This document shows positions 25,760 to 34,334 of a DNA stretch of 58,241 bases, piece by piece. The stretch comes from Deltaproteobacteria bacterium (lineage in GTDB: Bacteria; Desulfobacterota; Dissulfuribacteria; Dissulfuribacterales; QOAL01). The position numbers and the translations under genes were made by a program. The notes beneath the pieces were generated by a model. It had not been told where the DNA came from and searched no databases. It saw only the letters and a list, made by a program, of their open reading frames with translations. Within the stretch, counting starts at the first letter, position 1, and every line of letters starts with the position of its first letter. Where the stretch lies: contig JALXCD010000086.1 in assembly GCA_026991135.1 (NCBI GenBank), forward strand, positions 1-58,241, read 5' to 3'.

Positions 25760-27304
25760 ATGGCCCTTTTAAAGGAGGAGGAGAAATTGTGTAAAAAGGG
25801 AAAGGAGTGTTTTGCTTCGTTCAGTCTTTTTGAATTCTTATTAGGCCTTACAGTAATCTTTTTCATTTTATCTTCTGTGGAATGTGTTTTTAGAACTGCT
25901 CAGGTTGAGCTTTTTAGACTAGGGCAGGAAATTCAAAATGAGGACCCAGCCAAGGCCCTTTTTGTTATAGAAGACAGTTACATACCAGACATAGAAAATA
26001 TTCAGTTTAATCTTTTTGATTGTTCCAGTTATGATTTTTTAATTTCCAAATCCTTTGAATTTAACAAAGAAGATTCAAAAAATGATATCCAAAAGTCCTC
26101 AGAAAAACCTCTTTCCCATACTGGCTTTTTAAGGGAGTTTGAGGGGAAGGTTGTAAAGGACAAATTAAGGCCAGGAGAGTCCATCTATTCATGCCTGAAA
26201 AGGCATAATATTCCTCCAAGATTGAGATATCAAATTATATCCAAACTGAAAAAGGTTATAAATGTAAGAAAGTTGAAACCAGGTGAAGAGTTTGAACTTT
26301 TTTTTAATAAAAAAGGTAATCTTGTGGCTATGAGATGGTCACGTAATACATTTGAGACCTATGAAATATCAATAAAAAAAATTAAAGGCAAAAAAAGTCA
26401 GCTTTGTCTTATAAAGCTTCCCATAACCTTTGAAAAGAAGATAATTAAAGTTACTGGAAAGATAACAGGTGGACTTATAGATTCCTTTGAAAATTATGGC
26501 CTAACTCCCGGCCTTGCAAGAAAATTTGCAGAGGTATTTTCTTCAAAGATTGATTTTAACACAGATATCAAGGATGGAGATACATTCAAGGTAATTTATC
26601 AAGAGTTTTGGAAAGATGGTAAAAAAATTGGTCAGGGTAGAATCCTTGCTGCCACCTATTGTTTTGGTGACAGGCCATGTTTGGACGCCTTTTATTTCAA
26701 GGGAAAAGACATGAAATATGGTGGGTATTTTACCCACGACGGGAGGATTATTGGCAATTCCTTTATGCGTTCTCCTCTTAAGGTCTATCGAATAACATCT
26801 CGTTTTACACCCAGACGATTTCATCCTGTTCTAAAGGTATTTCGTCCTCATTATGGCGTAGATCTTGCTGCACCAATTGGTACACCTGTTATGGCCGTAG
26901 CCGATGGGGTAGTAACCTTTACTGGGTGGCAAAGGGGATATGGAAGGATTGTAATAATTAAACACCAAGGCGGTTATACCACCTATTATGGTCACTTATC
27001 CAGATTTGGCAAAGGAATAAAAAAAGGGGTGAAAGTGAGGCAGAAGCAAATAATAGGGTATGTTGGAAGAAGTGGATATGCCACTGGTCCCCATCTTGAT
27101 TATAGGGTCAAAAAAAATGGACGTTTTATAAATCCCTTTCAGGTGAAATTTTCAAGAATTAAAGAGATTCCAAAGATGGAAAAGGCAGATTTTTTGGCTG
27201 AAGTAAAAAAATTTCAGGATATTTTGCTAGATAAAACCATAAAGGGCATAGTCTCTGTTAAAAAAGAAACCCACAAGGGTCTTCTTGAGGATCTTATAGG
27301 CTAA
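25760..27304 (+). CDS. M23 family peptidoglycan DD-metalloendopeptidase with N-terminal membrane anchor
   Basis: 514 aa. M23 motifs HYGVDLAAPIGTPV, YYGHLS and GPHLDY. N-terminal TM. A TTG at 25787 after GGAGGAGGAG is an alternative start. Confidence 0.85.
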   Translation: MALLKEEEKLCKKGKECFASFSLFEFLLGLTVIFFILSSVECVFRTAQVELFRLGQEIQNEDPAKALFVIEDSYIPDIENIQFNLFDCSSYDFLISKSFEFNKEDSKNDIQKSSEKPLSHTGFLREFEGKVVKDKLRPGESIYSCLKRHNIPPRLRYQIISKLKKVINVRKLKPGEEFELFFNKKGNLVAMRWSRNTFETYEISIKKIKGKKSQLCLIKLPITFEKKIIKVTGKITGGLIDSFENYGLTPGLARKFAEVFSSKIDFNTDIKDGDTFKVIYQEFWKDGKKIGQGRILAATYCFGDRPCLDAFYFKGKDMKYGGYFTHDGRIIGNSFMRSPLKVYRITSRFTPRRFHPVLKVFRPHYGVDLAAPIGTPVMAVADGVVTFTGWQRGYGRIVIIKHQGGYTTYYGHLSRFGKGIKKGVKVRQKQIIGYVGRSGYATGPHLDYRVKKNGRFINPFQVKFSRIKEIPKMEKADFLAEVKKFQDILLDKTIKGIVSVKKETHKGLLEDLIG

Positions 27305-27306
27305 GT

Positions 27307-28191
27307 ATGAAGACGAGAATAATTTTATTACTCTTTATGTTTTTTGCATTTTGCTCCTTTCAAAGTGGATTTTGCGCTAATTATTTGTCAGCCTGTCAGA
27401 AAGTACCAGATGTTTATAAGGAATTAGTCAAAAATCTAATAAGTGATGGCTTTGAAAGGGGATTTGTGTGTAAGATATTTTCCGATAAAAGGATAAAATT
27501 TAATCCAAAGGTTATGCCTCGAAAGGTTACTCATAAGGAGGCAAAATTGCATTATGATATATTTCTTGAAAGGGAGAGAATCGATAGGGCAAGGGCGTTT
27601 TTAAAAGAAAATAAAATGCTTTTTGCTTCAGTAGAAAGGGATTTTGGCGTCCCAAGGGAGATAAAGGCAGCAATTCTCCTTGTTGAAACTGACCTTGGTA
27701 GATACTTAGGCTCTTCCCTTGCTATTAATACCCTTTCAAGCATGGTCGTTGCTAAAGATTTTAATGCCATAAGGCCCTATTTACCCAAGGAATATAATCA
27801 GTTAAAAAGTGCTCAAAGAAAAAAGATCGAAAAAAAACTTGCAAGAAAATCAAGATGGGCATATTCGGAGTTAAAAAGTCTTTTAATATATTCGCAGTTA
27901 AATAAAATAGATATCTTCTCCATAAAGGGTTCCATCTTTGGCGCAATAGGGCTATGTCAATTCATGCCGTCAAATGCCTTAAAGTTTGGTGTGGATTATA
28001 ATAAAGATGGCAAAGTCGATCTTTTTGATCCTGCAGATGCCCTTGCAAGTATGGCTAACTACCTTAGATATTACGGCTGGAAAGATGGACTGAAGTTTAA
28101 GGGAAAACTTAAGGTTATAAAACAATACAACCATTCAACCCCTTATGCCAAGACAGTCATAAAGGTAGCAGAAAGAATTGGTTCAAGTTAA
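27307..28191 (+). CDS. Lytic murein transglycosylase (MltB/SLT_2-like)
   Basis: 294 aa with a signal peptide. LLVETDLGRY (catalytic Glu region) and GAIGLCQFMPSN motifs. Starts 3 nt after the M23 gene. Confidence 0.83.
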   Translation: MKTRIILLLFMFFAFCSFQSGFCANYLSACQKVPDVYKELVKNLISDGFERGFVCKIFSDKRIKFNPKVMPRKVTHKEAKLHYDIFLERERIDRARAFLKENKMLFASVERDFGVPREIKAAILLVETDLGRYLGSSLAINTLSSMVVAKDFNAIRPYLPKEYNQLKSAQRKKIEKKLARKSRWAYSELKSLLIYSQLNKIDIFSIKGSIFGAIGLCQFMPSNALKFGVDYNKDGKVDLFDPADALASMANYLRYYGWKDGLKFKGKLKVIKQYNHSTPYAKTVIKVAERIGSS

Positions 28192-29501
28192 GTATAAGCG
28201 CAAGTCTTGTCAAAATCCTCTCTAGTGATAACCACTTTTCCTTTTTCTAAAAACGGCAAAATTCTTTTTCTTTCTACAGGCTCGATTCTGCATGAAATGC
28301 CAAGGGTTTCCTGGAATCTTTCTTCACATCTTCTTATCCAGTTATGAAGCTCTGGCAGATCTCCTGTGAAGATGTTTTCATCCATGGCAATAAGAATCCG
28401 TATCTGGGTAAGATGCTTCCATTTATCCAAAACAACAAGACTTGTTACCGGCTTTCCTTTTGCCTCTTCTGCTAAAAGGTGTGAGATATTTGAAGGGGAA
28501 ACCTTTATACCTCTGACAGAGATAAGGTCATCTGTCCTTTTTCTTACTGGCTCCATGCGCCATGTGGTTCTTCCGCATGAACAAGTTTCCTTTATTAGTT
28601 TTGTAAGGTCTCCTGTCCTGAATCGAATAAGAGGATTTGCCCGTGTCGTAACAGTAGTTATTACAAGTTCTCCTTCCTTGCCATCCTCTACAGGCTCCGA
28701 GGTCTTAGGATCGATGATTTCAGGAATGATATGGTCGAGGGCCAGATGAAGGCCACATCTGCATTCACATTCATAGGCCATTGTTGGGCCTGATGCCTCA
28801 AATATTCCATATGTCGCCCTCATTTCTACATCAAGTTCCTTTTCAAAAACTGAACGTGCATAGGAACTTAAATGCTCTCCTAAAAGGATCAATTTTCTAA
28901 GATTTAGAGCTCCTATAGGCATATTTTTTTCCTTAAAGACCTCAAGAAGATGAAGCCCATAGGAAGGACTTGTCACAAGGGTTGTCGTTTTAAAATCTAT
29001 CATCACCCTTATTCTGGTATATGTGGAAACCGGATCTGGCGGGATGACCAAGGCACCTAGTTCTTCAGCCCCTTCTTTAAGTTCCTGGCCGTGAAGTGAA
29101 AGACCAGGATCAAGACAAATTTGAACTATGTCTTCTTTGGTTATGCCGGTTGTCTTAAAAAAGCGGGCCGCCAATTCCACACGTCTTTTCAAATCCTGCC
29201 TTGTAAGGCCAATAGCAATGGGATTTGTAAGGCCGCTTCTCAAGGTATGGATTCTTACTATATCCCTTAAGGGAACTGCAAAGAGGCCATAGGGATAATT
29301 TTCAGAAAGTTCATCTCTGGATAAAAAGGGCAATTTGACTATATCTTCTAAAGAGCCAATATCATCAGGGCCAATACCCATTTCATCCATTTTTTTGCGA
29401 TAAAAGGGAACCCTCTTGTAGGCACGGTTAACTGTGCTTTGTAGTAGCTCAGTATGCCACTGATTCCAGGCGTTTGGAGACAGGTATTCTATTTTATCCA
29501 T
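28188..29501 (-). CDS. Phenylacetate-CoA ligase (PaaK)/coenzyme F390 synthetase-like adenylate-forming enzyme
   Basis: 437 aa. Overall PaaK-family pattern (YPYGLFAVP, TSPSYGLHL, YGIFEASGP, RFRTGDLT). Located downstream of livF on the same strand. Confidence 0.82.
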   Translation of the reverse strand: MDKIEYLSPNAWNQWHTELLQSTVNRAYKRVPFYRKKMDEMGIGPDDIGSLEDIVKLPFLSRDELSENYPYGLFAVPLRDIVRIHTLRSGLTNPIAIGLTRQDLKRRVELAARFFKTTGITKEDIVQICLDPGLSLHGQELKEGAEELGALVIPPDPVSTYTRIRVMIDFKTTTLVTSPSYGLHLLEVFKEKNMPIGALNLRKLILLGEHLSSYARSVFEKELDVEMRATYGIFEASGPTMAYECECRCGLHLALDHIIPEIIDPKTSEPVEDGKEGELVITTVTTRANPLIRFRTGDLTKLIKETCSCGRTTWRMEPVRKRTDDLISVRGIKVSPSNISHLLAEEAKGKPVTSLVVLDKWKHLTQIRILIAMDENIFTGDLPELHNWIRRCEERFQETLGISCRIEPVERKRILPFLEKGKVVITREDFDKTCAYT

Positions 29502-29505
29502 GGGT

Positions 29506-30240
29506 TTACCTTTCAGCTATTTCTTTATAATCCTTTCCTAAATAGGCCCTTTTGATTTCACTATCCTCAGCTAACTCCTTAGCCCGTCCTTGAAGAGTTA
29601 TTCTGCCTGTTTCAAGGATATAGGCCCTGTCTGCAATATCAAGGGCCTTTTTGGCATTTTGTTCAACCAGAAGGATAGTCATGCCTTTTTTATTTAGAGC
29701 CACTATGGTCTTGAAAATGGTTTCAACAAGTTTTGGCGCAAGTCCCAGGGATGGCTCATCTAGCAAAAGTAGTTTTGGGCGGGCCATAAGTGCCCGGCCA
29801 ATTGCCAGCATTTGTTGCTCGCCGCCGCTAAGTGTACCTGAGACCTGTTTCCTTCTTTCTTTAAGTCTTGGAAAAAGAGAAAATATCCAGTCCATGTCAG
29901 CCTGAATCTCATCTTTAGAATCCTTTTTTCGGCAAAAGGCACCTAGCATAAGATTTTCTTCAACAGTTAAAGGGGCAAAAAGCTGTCTTCCTTCAGGGCA
30001 GTGTGCAATACCCTTTTTTACAATTTTATCTGGTGAAAGCCCTCTAATAGATTTTCCAAGGAAATCTATTTCTCCAGTGATGGAATCGATAAGGCCGGAG
30101 ATAGAGACAAGAAGTGTGGTTTTACCTGCCCCATTGGCACCAATAATAGAGACTATTTCCCCTTCATCAACATGGATTGAGCAGTTTTTAAGAACCTGAA
30201 TCGGGCCATATTTGGTATTGAGATTTTTAATATGCAACAT
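29506..30240 (-). CDS. livF: Branched-chain amino acid ABC transporter ATP-binding protein LivF
   Basis: 244 aa. Walker A GANGAGKTT, signature LSGGEQQM, Walker B LLLLDEPS. Confidence 0.9.
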   Translation of the reverse strand: MLHIKNLNTKYGPIQVLKNCSIHVDEGEIVSIIGANGAGKTTLLVSISGLIDSITGEIDFLGKSIRGLSPDKIVKKGIAHCPEGRQLFAPLTVEENLMLGAFCRKKDSKDEIQADMDWIFSLFPRLKERRKQVSGTLSGGEQQMLAIGRALMARPKLLLLDEPSLGLAPKLVETIFKTIVALNKKGMTILLVEQNAKKALDIADRAYILETGRITLQGRAKELAEDSEIKRAYLGKDYKEIAER

Positions 30241-30376
30241 GAAAAGGCACGTTCCTTAAAAATTTAGATGAGTTTTTATTCTAGTGTGCTTTAAAAATAA
30301 GCTTTTAAAGTTGATAAATGCCCTCTTTTTGTGTAATAGTCAACTCTATATAAATTTTTCACGGGAGGAGAAAGCC

Positions 30377-31525
30377 ATGCGTTTCAACAAGTTCCTTGTC
30401 TTATTTAGTATAATTTCTTTTATGATGTTTTTGGGTAGCGGTTCATCCTTTGCAAAAAAGCCATTGAAAATAGGTTCTTTTTTGGCGGTTACTGGGCCTG
30501 CCTCCTTTCTGGGAGATCCCGAGCTAAAGACCTTGCAGATGTACATTGAAGAGATAAATGCTAAGGGTGGAGTTGATGGTCACAAGATAGAGTTCGTTCA
30601 TTATGATACTAAAGGTAAGGCAAAAGAGGCCAAGAATTTTGTTAATCGACTCATTAAGAAAGATAGGGTTGATGTAATAATCGGTGGAACCACCTCTGGT
30701 AACACCTTGGCTGTAATTGACATTGTTCAAAGGGCAAAGGTTCCTTTCATTTCCCTTGCAGGTTCTATAAAGATTGTTGAGCCTGTTAAGAAGTGGGTTT
30801 TTAAAACACCTCATACAGACAAGATGGCTGCCCAGAAGATATTTGAGGACATGAAAAAACGCGGGATTACTAAGATCGCTCTAATTACTGGAAACGGTGG
30901 TTTTGATAAATCAGGCCGTGCCCAGTGTCTGGCCCTTGCGCCTAAATATGGAATAAAGATAGTGGCAGATGAGCAATACAACAACTCAGATACAGATATG
31001 ACTACACAGCTTACCAAGATAAGGGCAACAGACGCCCAGGCAATACTTAATTTTGGCTTTGGAAAGGCCCCGGCCATAGTTGTCAAAAATGCAAAGCAAC
31101 TTGGCATCAATCTTCCAATCTATGAATCACATGGTGTTGCCTCCAAAAAATTTATTGAACTTGCCGGAGACGCTGCAAATGGGGTAAGGCTTCCAGCAGC
31201 AGCACTCATTGTTGCTGACCAGCTACCTGATACTGATCCCCAAAAAAAGGTCCTTCTTGATTATAAGAAAAAGTTTGAGGCCAAGTATGGCCCGGTTTCA
31301 ACCTTTGGCGGCCATGCCTATGATGCTCTTTTCATAGTAGTAAACGCTGTTAAGAGGGCAGGTGTTATTGACAGGGCCAAGATAAGGGATGAAATCGAAA
31401 AGACAAAGGGCTTTGTTGGCACTGGTGGAGTATTCAACATGAGCCCAACTGATCACCTTGGCCTGGGCCTTGACGCCTTTAAAATGATTGAGATACAGAA
31501 CGGAAAGTGGAAATTACTTTATTAA
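30377..31525 (+). CDS. Branched-chain amino acid (Leu/Ile/Val-type) ABC transporter substrate-binding protein
   Basis: ORF track starts at 30284. The ATG at 30377 follows GGAGGAG and gives the signal peptide MRFNKFLVLFSIISFMMFLGSGSSFA. Type-1 periplasmic binding fold pattern. Confidence 0.88.
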   Translation: MRFNKFLVLFSIISFMMFLGSGSSFAKKPLKIGSFLAVTGPASFLGDPELKTLQMYIEEINAKGGVDGHKIEFVHYDTKGKAKEAKNFVNRLIKKDRVDVIIGGTTSGNTLAVIDIVQRAKVPFISLAGSIKIVEPVKKWVFKTPHTDKMAAQKIFEDMKKRGITKIALITGNGGFDKSGRAQCLALAPKYGIKIVADEQYNNSDTDMTTQLTKIRATDAQAILNFGFGKAPAIVVKNAKQLGINLPIYESHGVASKKFIELAGDAANGVRLPAAALIVADQLPDTDPQKKVLLDYKKKFEAKYGPVSTFGGHAYDALFIVVNAVKRAGVIDRAKIRDEIEKTKGFVGTGGVFNMSPTDHLGLGLDAFKMIEIQNGKWKLLY

Positions 31526-31550
31526 TTTAAACTAATTAAGGGAGTATTTA

Positions 31551-31588
31551 TTACCCCCGTTTCAGAACACTGAGCGGGGGTAATTTTT
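31551..31588 (+). terminator. Intercistronic hairpin plus T-run between the binding-protein gene and livH (attenuator or partial terminator)
   Basis: TTACCCCCG (31551-31559) pairs with CGGGGGTAA (31575-31583). An inner TCAG/CTGA pairing surrounds an AACA loop. Followed by TTTTT (31584-31588). Confidence 0.5.
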
Positions 31589-31598
31589 GCCAGTGCTA

Positions 31599-32471
31599 AT
31601 GGATCAACTTCTCCAGTTTTTTATAAGTGGCCTAACTGTAGGTTCAATCTATGCCCTTGTGGCCCTCGGGTTTTCCATCATCTACAATGCCTCGGATGTT
31701 GTGAACTTTGCCCAGGGTGAATTTGTGATGATAGGCGCAATGAGCGCCATTTTTATGTTAAAGGCAGGAATACCCTATCCTCTGGCAATCTTTCTTGCCA
31801 TATTGATTTCGGCCACTGTTGGCCTTTGTCTTGAAAAGTTTGCCATTGAGCCAGCAAAAAGGGCGACTGTGGTGAGCACCATAATAATTACCATAGGAGC
31901 GTCAATTTTTTTAAGAGGGGCTGCCCTTCTTATCTGGGGAAAGGACATCTACGGCCTTCCCCCTTTTACGGACAATACCCCCATTCATATTGGAAGGGCC
32001 ACAATGCTTCCACAAAATTTATGGGTAATGCTTGGAACCGCCTTTTTGGTAATTGTGGTCAGGTATTTTTTTGATAAAACAAGGGTTGGAAAGGCAATTT
32101 TGGCTTGTTCCTACAATAAAAAGGCCGCCTATCTCGTTGGAATAAATGTCAAAACTATGCTTCTTATTGCCTATGGGCTTTCTGCCGCCCTTGGTGCAGT
32201 TGCAGGTGTCCTTATTGCCCCAATTACCTTTATGACTTATGGTGCAGGGGTCATGCTGGGGTTAAAGGGGTTTTGTGCAGCCATACTCGGTGGCATGGGA
32301 AATTCAATGGGGGCGGTCCTTGGGGGCCTTATTCTAGGAATCGTTGAAACAGTCGGGGCAGGCTTTATCTCCTCAGGTTATAAGGATGCCATAGCCTTTT
32401 TTGTCATTCTTTTGGTTCTTTTCTTTAAACCAAGCGGAATCCTGGGTAAGGGCGAGGTTGAAAGGGTATGA
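31599..32471 (+). CDS. livH: Branched-chain amino acid ABC transporter permease LivH
   Basis: N-terminus MDQLLQFFISGLTVGSIYALVALGFSIIYN is typical of LivH. The alternative TTG start at 31587 is the ORF-track start. Confidence 0.88.
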   Translation: MDQLLQFFISGLTVGSIYALVALGFSIIYNASDVVNFAQGEFVMIGAMSAIFMLKAGIPYPLAIFLAILISATVGLCLEKFAIEPAKRATVVSTIIITIGASIFLRGAALLIWGKDIYGLPPFTDNTPIHIGRATMLPQNLWVMLGTAFLVIVVRYFFDKTRVGKAILACSYNKKAAYLVGINVKTMLLIAYGLSAALGAVAGVLIAPITFMTYGAGVMLGLKGFCAAILGGMGNSMGAVLGGLILGIVETVGAGFISSGYKDAIAFFVILLVLFFKPSGILGKGEVERV

Positions 32472-33439
32472 AAAGGCTTTTGGGGTTTTACATTTTTTCT
32501 TTCATCACCCTTGTCCTGCCAATACTTTTTCCAGATAATTATTATGTTACGGTGGTAGGTCTTACTGTCCTTATCAATATCTCCCTTGCAGTTAGCCTAA
32601 ATCTTTTGATGGGATATGCCGGCCAGATCTCCCTTGGGCATGCCGCCTTTTTTGGTCTTGGGGCCTATTCATCTGCTATTTTTACCATCAAATATGGATT
32701 TAACCCCTGGACTGCCATTTTTTTTGGCCTTTTAATAGTCTTTTTGCTTTCCTATATCCTTTCCCGGCCCATTTTGAAACTTAAAGGACACTATCTTGCA
32801 ATGGCAACCCTTGGCCTTGGCATAATAGTCCACATATTTTTTGTCCAGGCAGACGAGATAACAGGTGGCCCAGACGGGATTAGTGGGCTTCCAACCCTTT
32901 CAATATTCGGTTTTCCAATAGATACAGATCTTAAATGGTATTTTATTTTTGCCATATTTATGCTCATAACTGTCCTTTTGTCTTTGAATATTGCAGATTC
33001 CAGGGCAGGAAGGGCCCTTTCTGCAGTTCATGGAAGCGAGATAGCTGCCCAGATGATGGGAATTGACACAGCCAAGGTGAAATCCCATATATTTGTATTT
33101 TCCGCCCTTATTGCCTGTATTGCAGGAAGCCTTTTTGCTCACCAGCAAAACTTTGTAAGCCCTGAATCCTTTAGCTTTTTCTTTTCCATTGAACTTGTCA
33201 CAATGGTTGTCCTTGGAGGTCTTGGTTCCACCTTTGGGGCTGTGGTTGGTGCCTTTATTCTTTCCATTTTGCCGGAGCTTTTGATTGTTTTTGAGGACTT
33301 TGAAGTCCTGATCTTTGGTGCAATTTTGATGACCATAATGATCTTTCTCCCTGATGGGCTATTTGTGGCAATAAAGAATAAAATTGCCTTTCTTGCCTTT
33401 AAACGGTCTCAAAAGGAGGTGGCAAATGCCACTTCTTGA
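32468..33439 (+). CDS. livM: Branched-chain amino acid ABC transporter permease LivM
   Basis: 323 aa and polytopic. LLMGYAGQISLGHAAFFGLGAY motif. 4-nt overlap with livH. Confidence 0.9.
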   Translation: MKRLLGFYIFSFITLVLPILFPDNYYVTVVGLTVLINISLAVSLNLLMGYAGQISLGHAAFFGLGAYSSAIFTIKYGFNPWTAIFFGLLIVFLLSYILSRPILKLKGHYLAMATLGLGIIVHIFFVQADEITGGPDGISGLPTLSIFGFPIDTDLKWYFIFAIFMLITVLLSLNIADSRAGRALSAVHGSEIAAQMMGIDTAKVKSHIFVFSALIACIAGSLFAHQQNFVSPESFSFFFSIELVTMVVLGGLGSTFGAVVGAFILSILPELLIVFEDFEVLIFGAILMTIMIFLPDGLFVAIKNKIAFLAFKRSQKEVANATS

Positions 33440-34184
33440 GGTAAAGGGCCTTGAAAAGAGTTTTGGCGGGCTAAAGGCAATTACTGATTTGAGTTTTTCA
33501 GTGCCTGAAGGCCAGATATTTTCAATAATTGGCCCAAATGGAGCAGGCAAAACCACCCTTTTTAATCTTCTTACAAATATTTACAAACCCACAAAGGGCT
33601 CTATTTTTTTTAACAAAAAAGATATAACCAAACTTCCTCCTTTTAAAATAGCAGCCCTTGGAATCAGCAGGACCTTTCAAAATCTCCAAGTTTTTATGAA
33701 TATGAATGTGGTTGAAAATGTCATGGTTGGCTGTCATCTGAGGTCAAAATCCGGCCTTTTTGCATCGGCCTTTAGACTTCCCTCTGTAATAGCAGAAGAA
33801 AAAAGGGTCAGGGACATGGCCCTTGAGGCCTTAGAATTTTGCGGCTTGAAGGATTATTCCAGCCAGCCTGCTAGTGCGCTTCCCTATGGCATACTTAAAA
33901 AACTTGAAATTGCAAGGGCTCTTGCCTCAAAACCAAGACTTCTTTTGATGGATGAGCCGGCCGCGGGCCTTAATGATACAGAGACAATGGAGCTTTGCAG
34001 GCTTATAGAGGCAATACGTGATTCAGGTATAACAGTTCTTCTTGTTGAACACAATATGGGTCTTGTCATGGAAATATCACAAACAGTTCTAGTTTTGAAC
34101 TATGGAAGACTTCTTGCCAAAGGCTCTCCACGTGATATCCAAAAAAATCCAGAGGTCATAGCCGCCTATCTCGGAGAAGGTTGA
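33426..34184 (+). CDS. livG: Branched-chain amino acid ABC transporter ATP-binding protein LivG
   Basis: The ATG at 33426 follows AGGAGG (33414-33419). MPLLEVKGLEKSFGGLKA, Walker A GPNGAGKTT, Walker B LLLMDEPA. Confidence 0.9.
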   Translation: MPLLEVKGLEKSFGGLKAITDLSFSVPEGQIFSIIGPNGAGKTTLFNLLTNIYKPTKGSIFFNKKDITKLPPFKIAALGISRTFQNLQVFMNMNVVENVMVGCHLRSKSGLFASAFRLPSVIAEEKRVRDMALEALEFCGLKDYSSQPASALPYGILKKLEIARALASKPRLLLMDEPAAGLNDTETMELCRLIEAIRDSGITVLLVEHNMGLVMEISQTVLVLNYGRLLAKGSPRDIQKNPEVIAAYLGEG

Positions 34185-34334
34185 TTTATACTTTTTGTGC
34201 CATTTTTACTTGGCATATTCCTCTTAAAAGTTTATGTTTCGAGGCTGGCTGAATTAGTATTCATCTTAAATGGGCTAGTCCCTTTAGTGGAAACTATCTT
34301 TAATTCTAAAATTTCTGATAAGGAGTTTGCTTCA

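Noticed and set aside
34197-34334. N-terminal ORF extensions in the six-frame track. Examples: gltB from GTG 34197, rsmI from 53424, the liv binding protein from 30284, the SBP from 3006, yjbQ from 25308, rpoD from 40392.
   Set aside because: The extensions lack an RBS, overlap upstream genes, or precede an obvious signal peptide or conserved N-terminus. Internal starts with Shine-Dalgarno sequences fit better. The alternatives are noted in the features.
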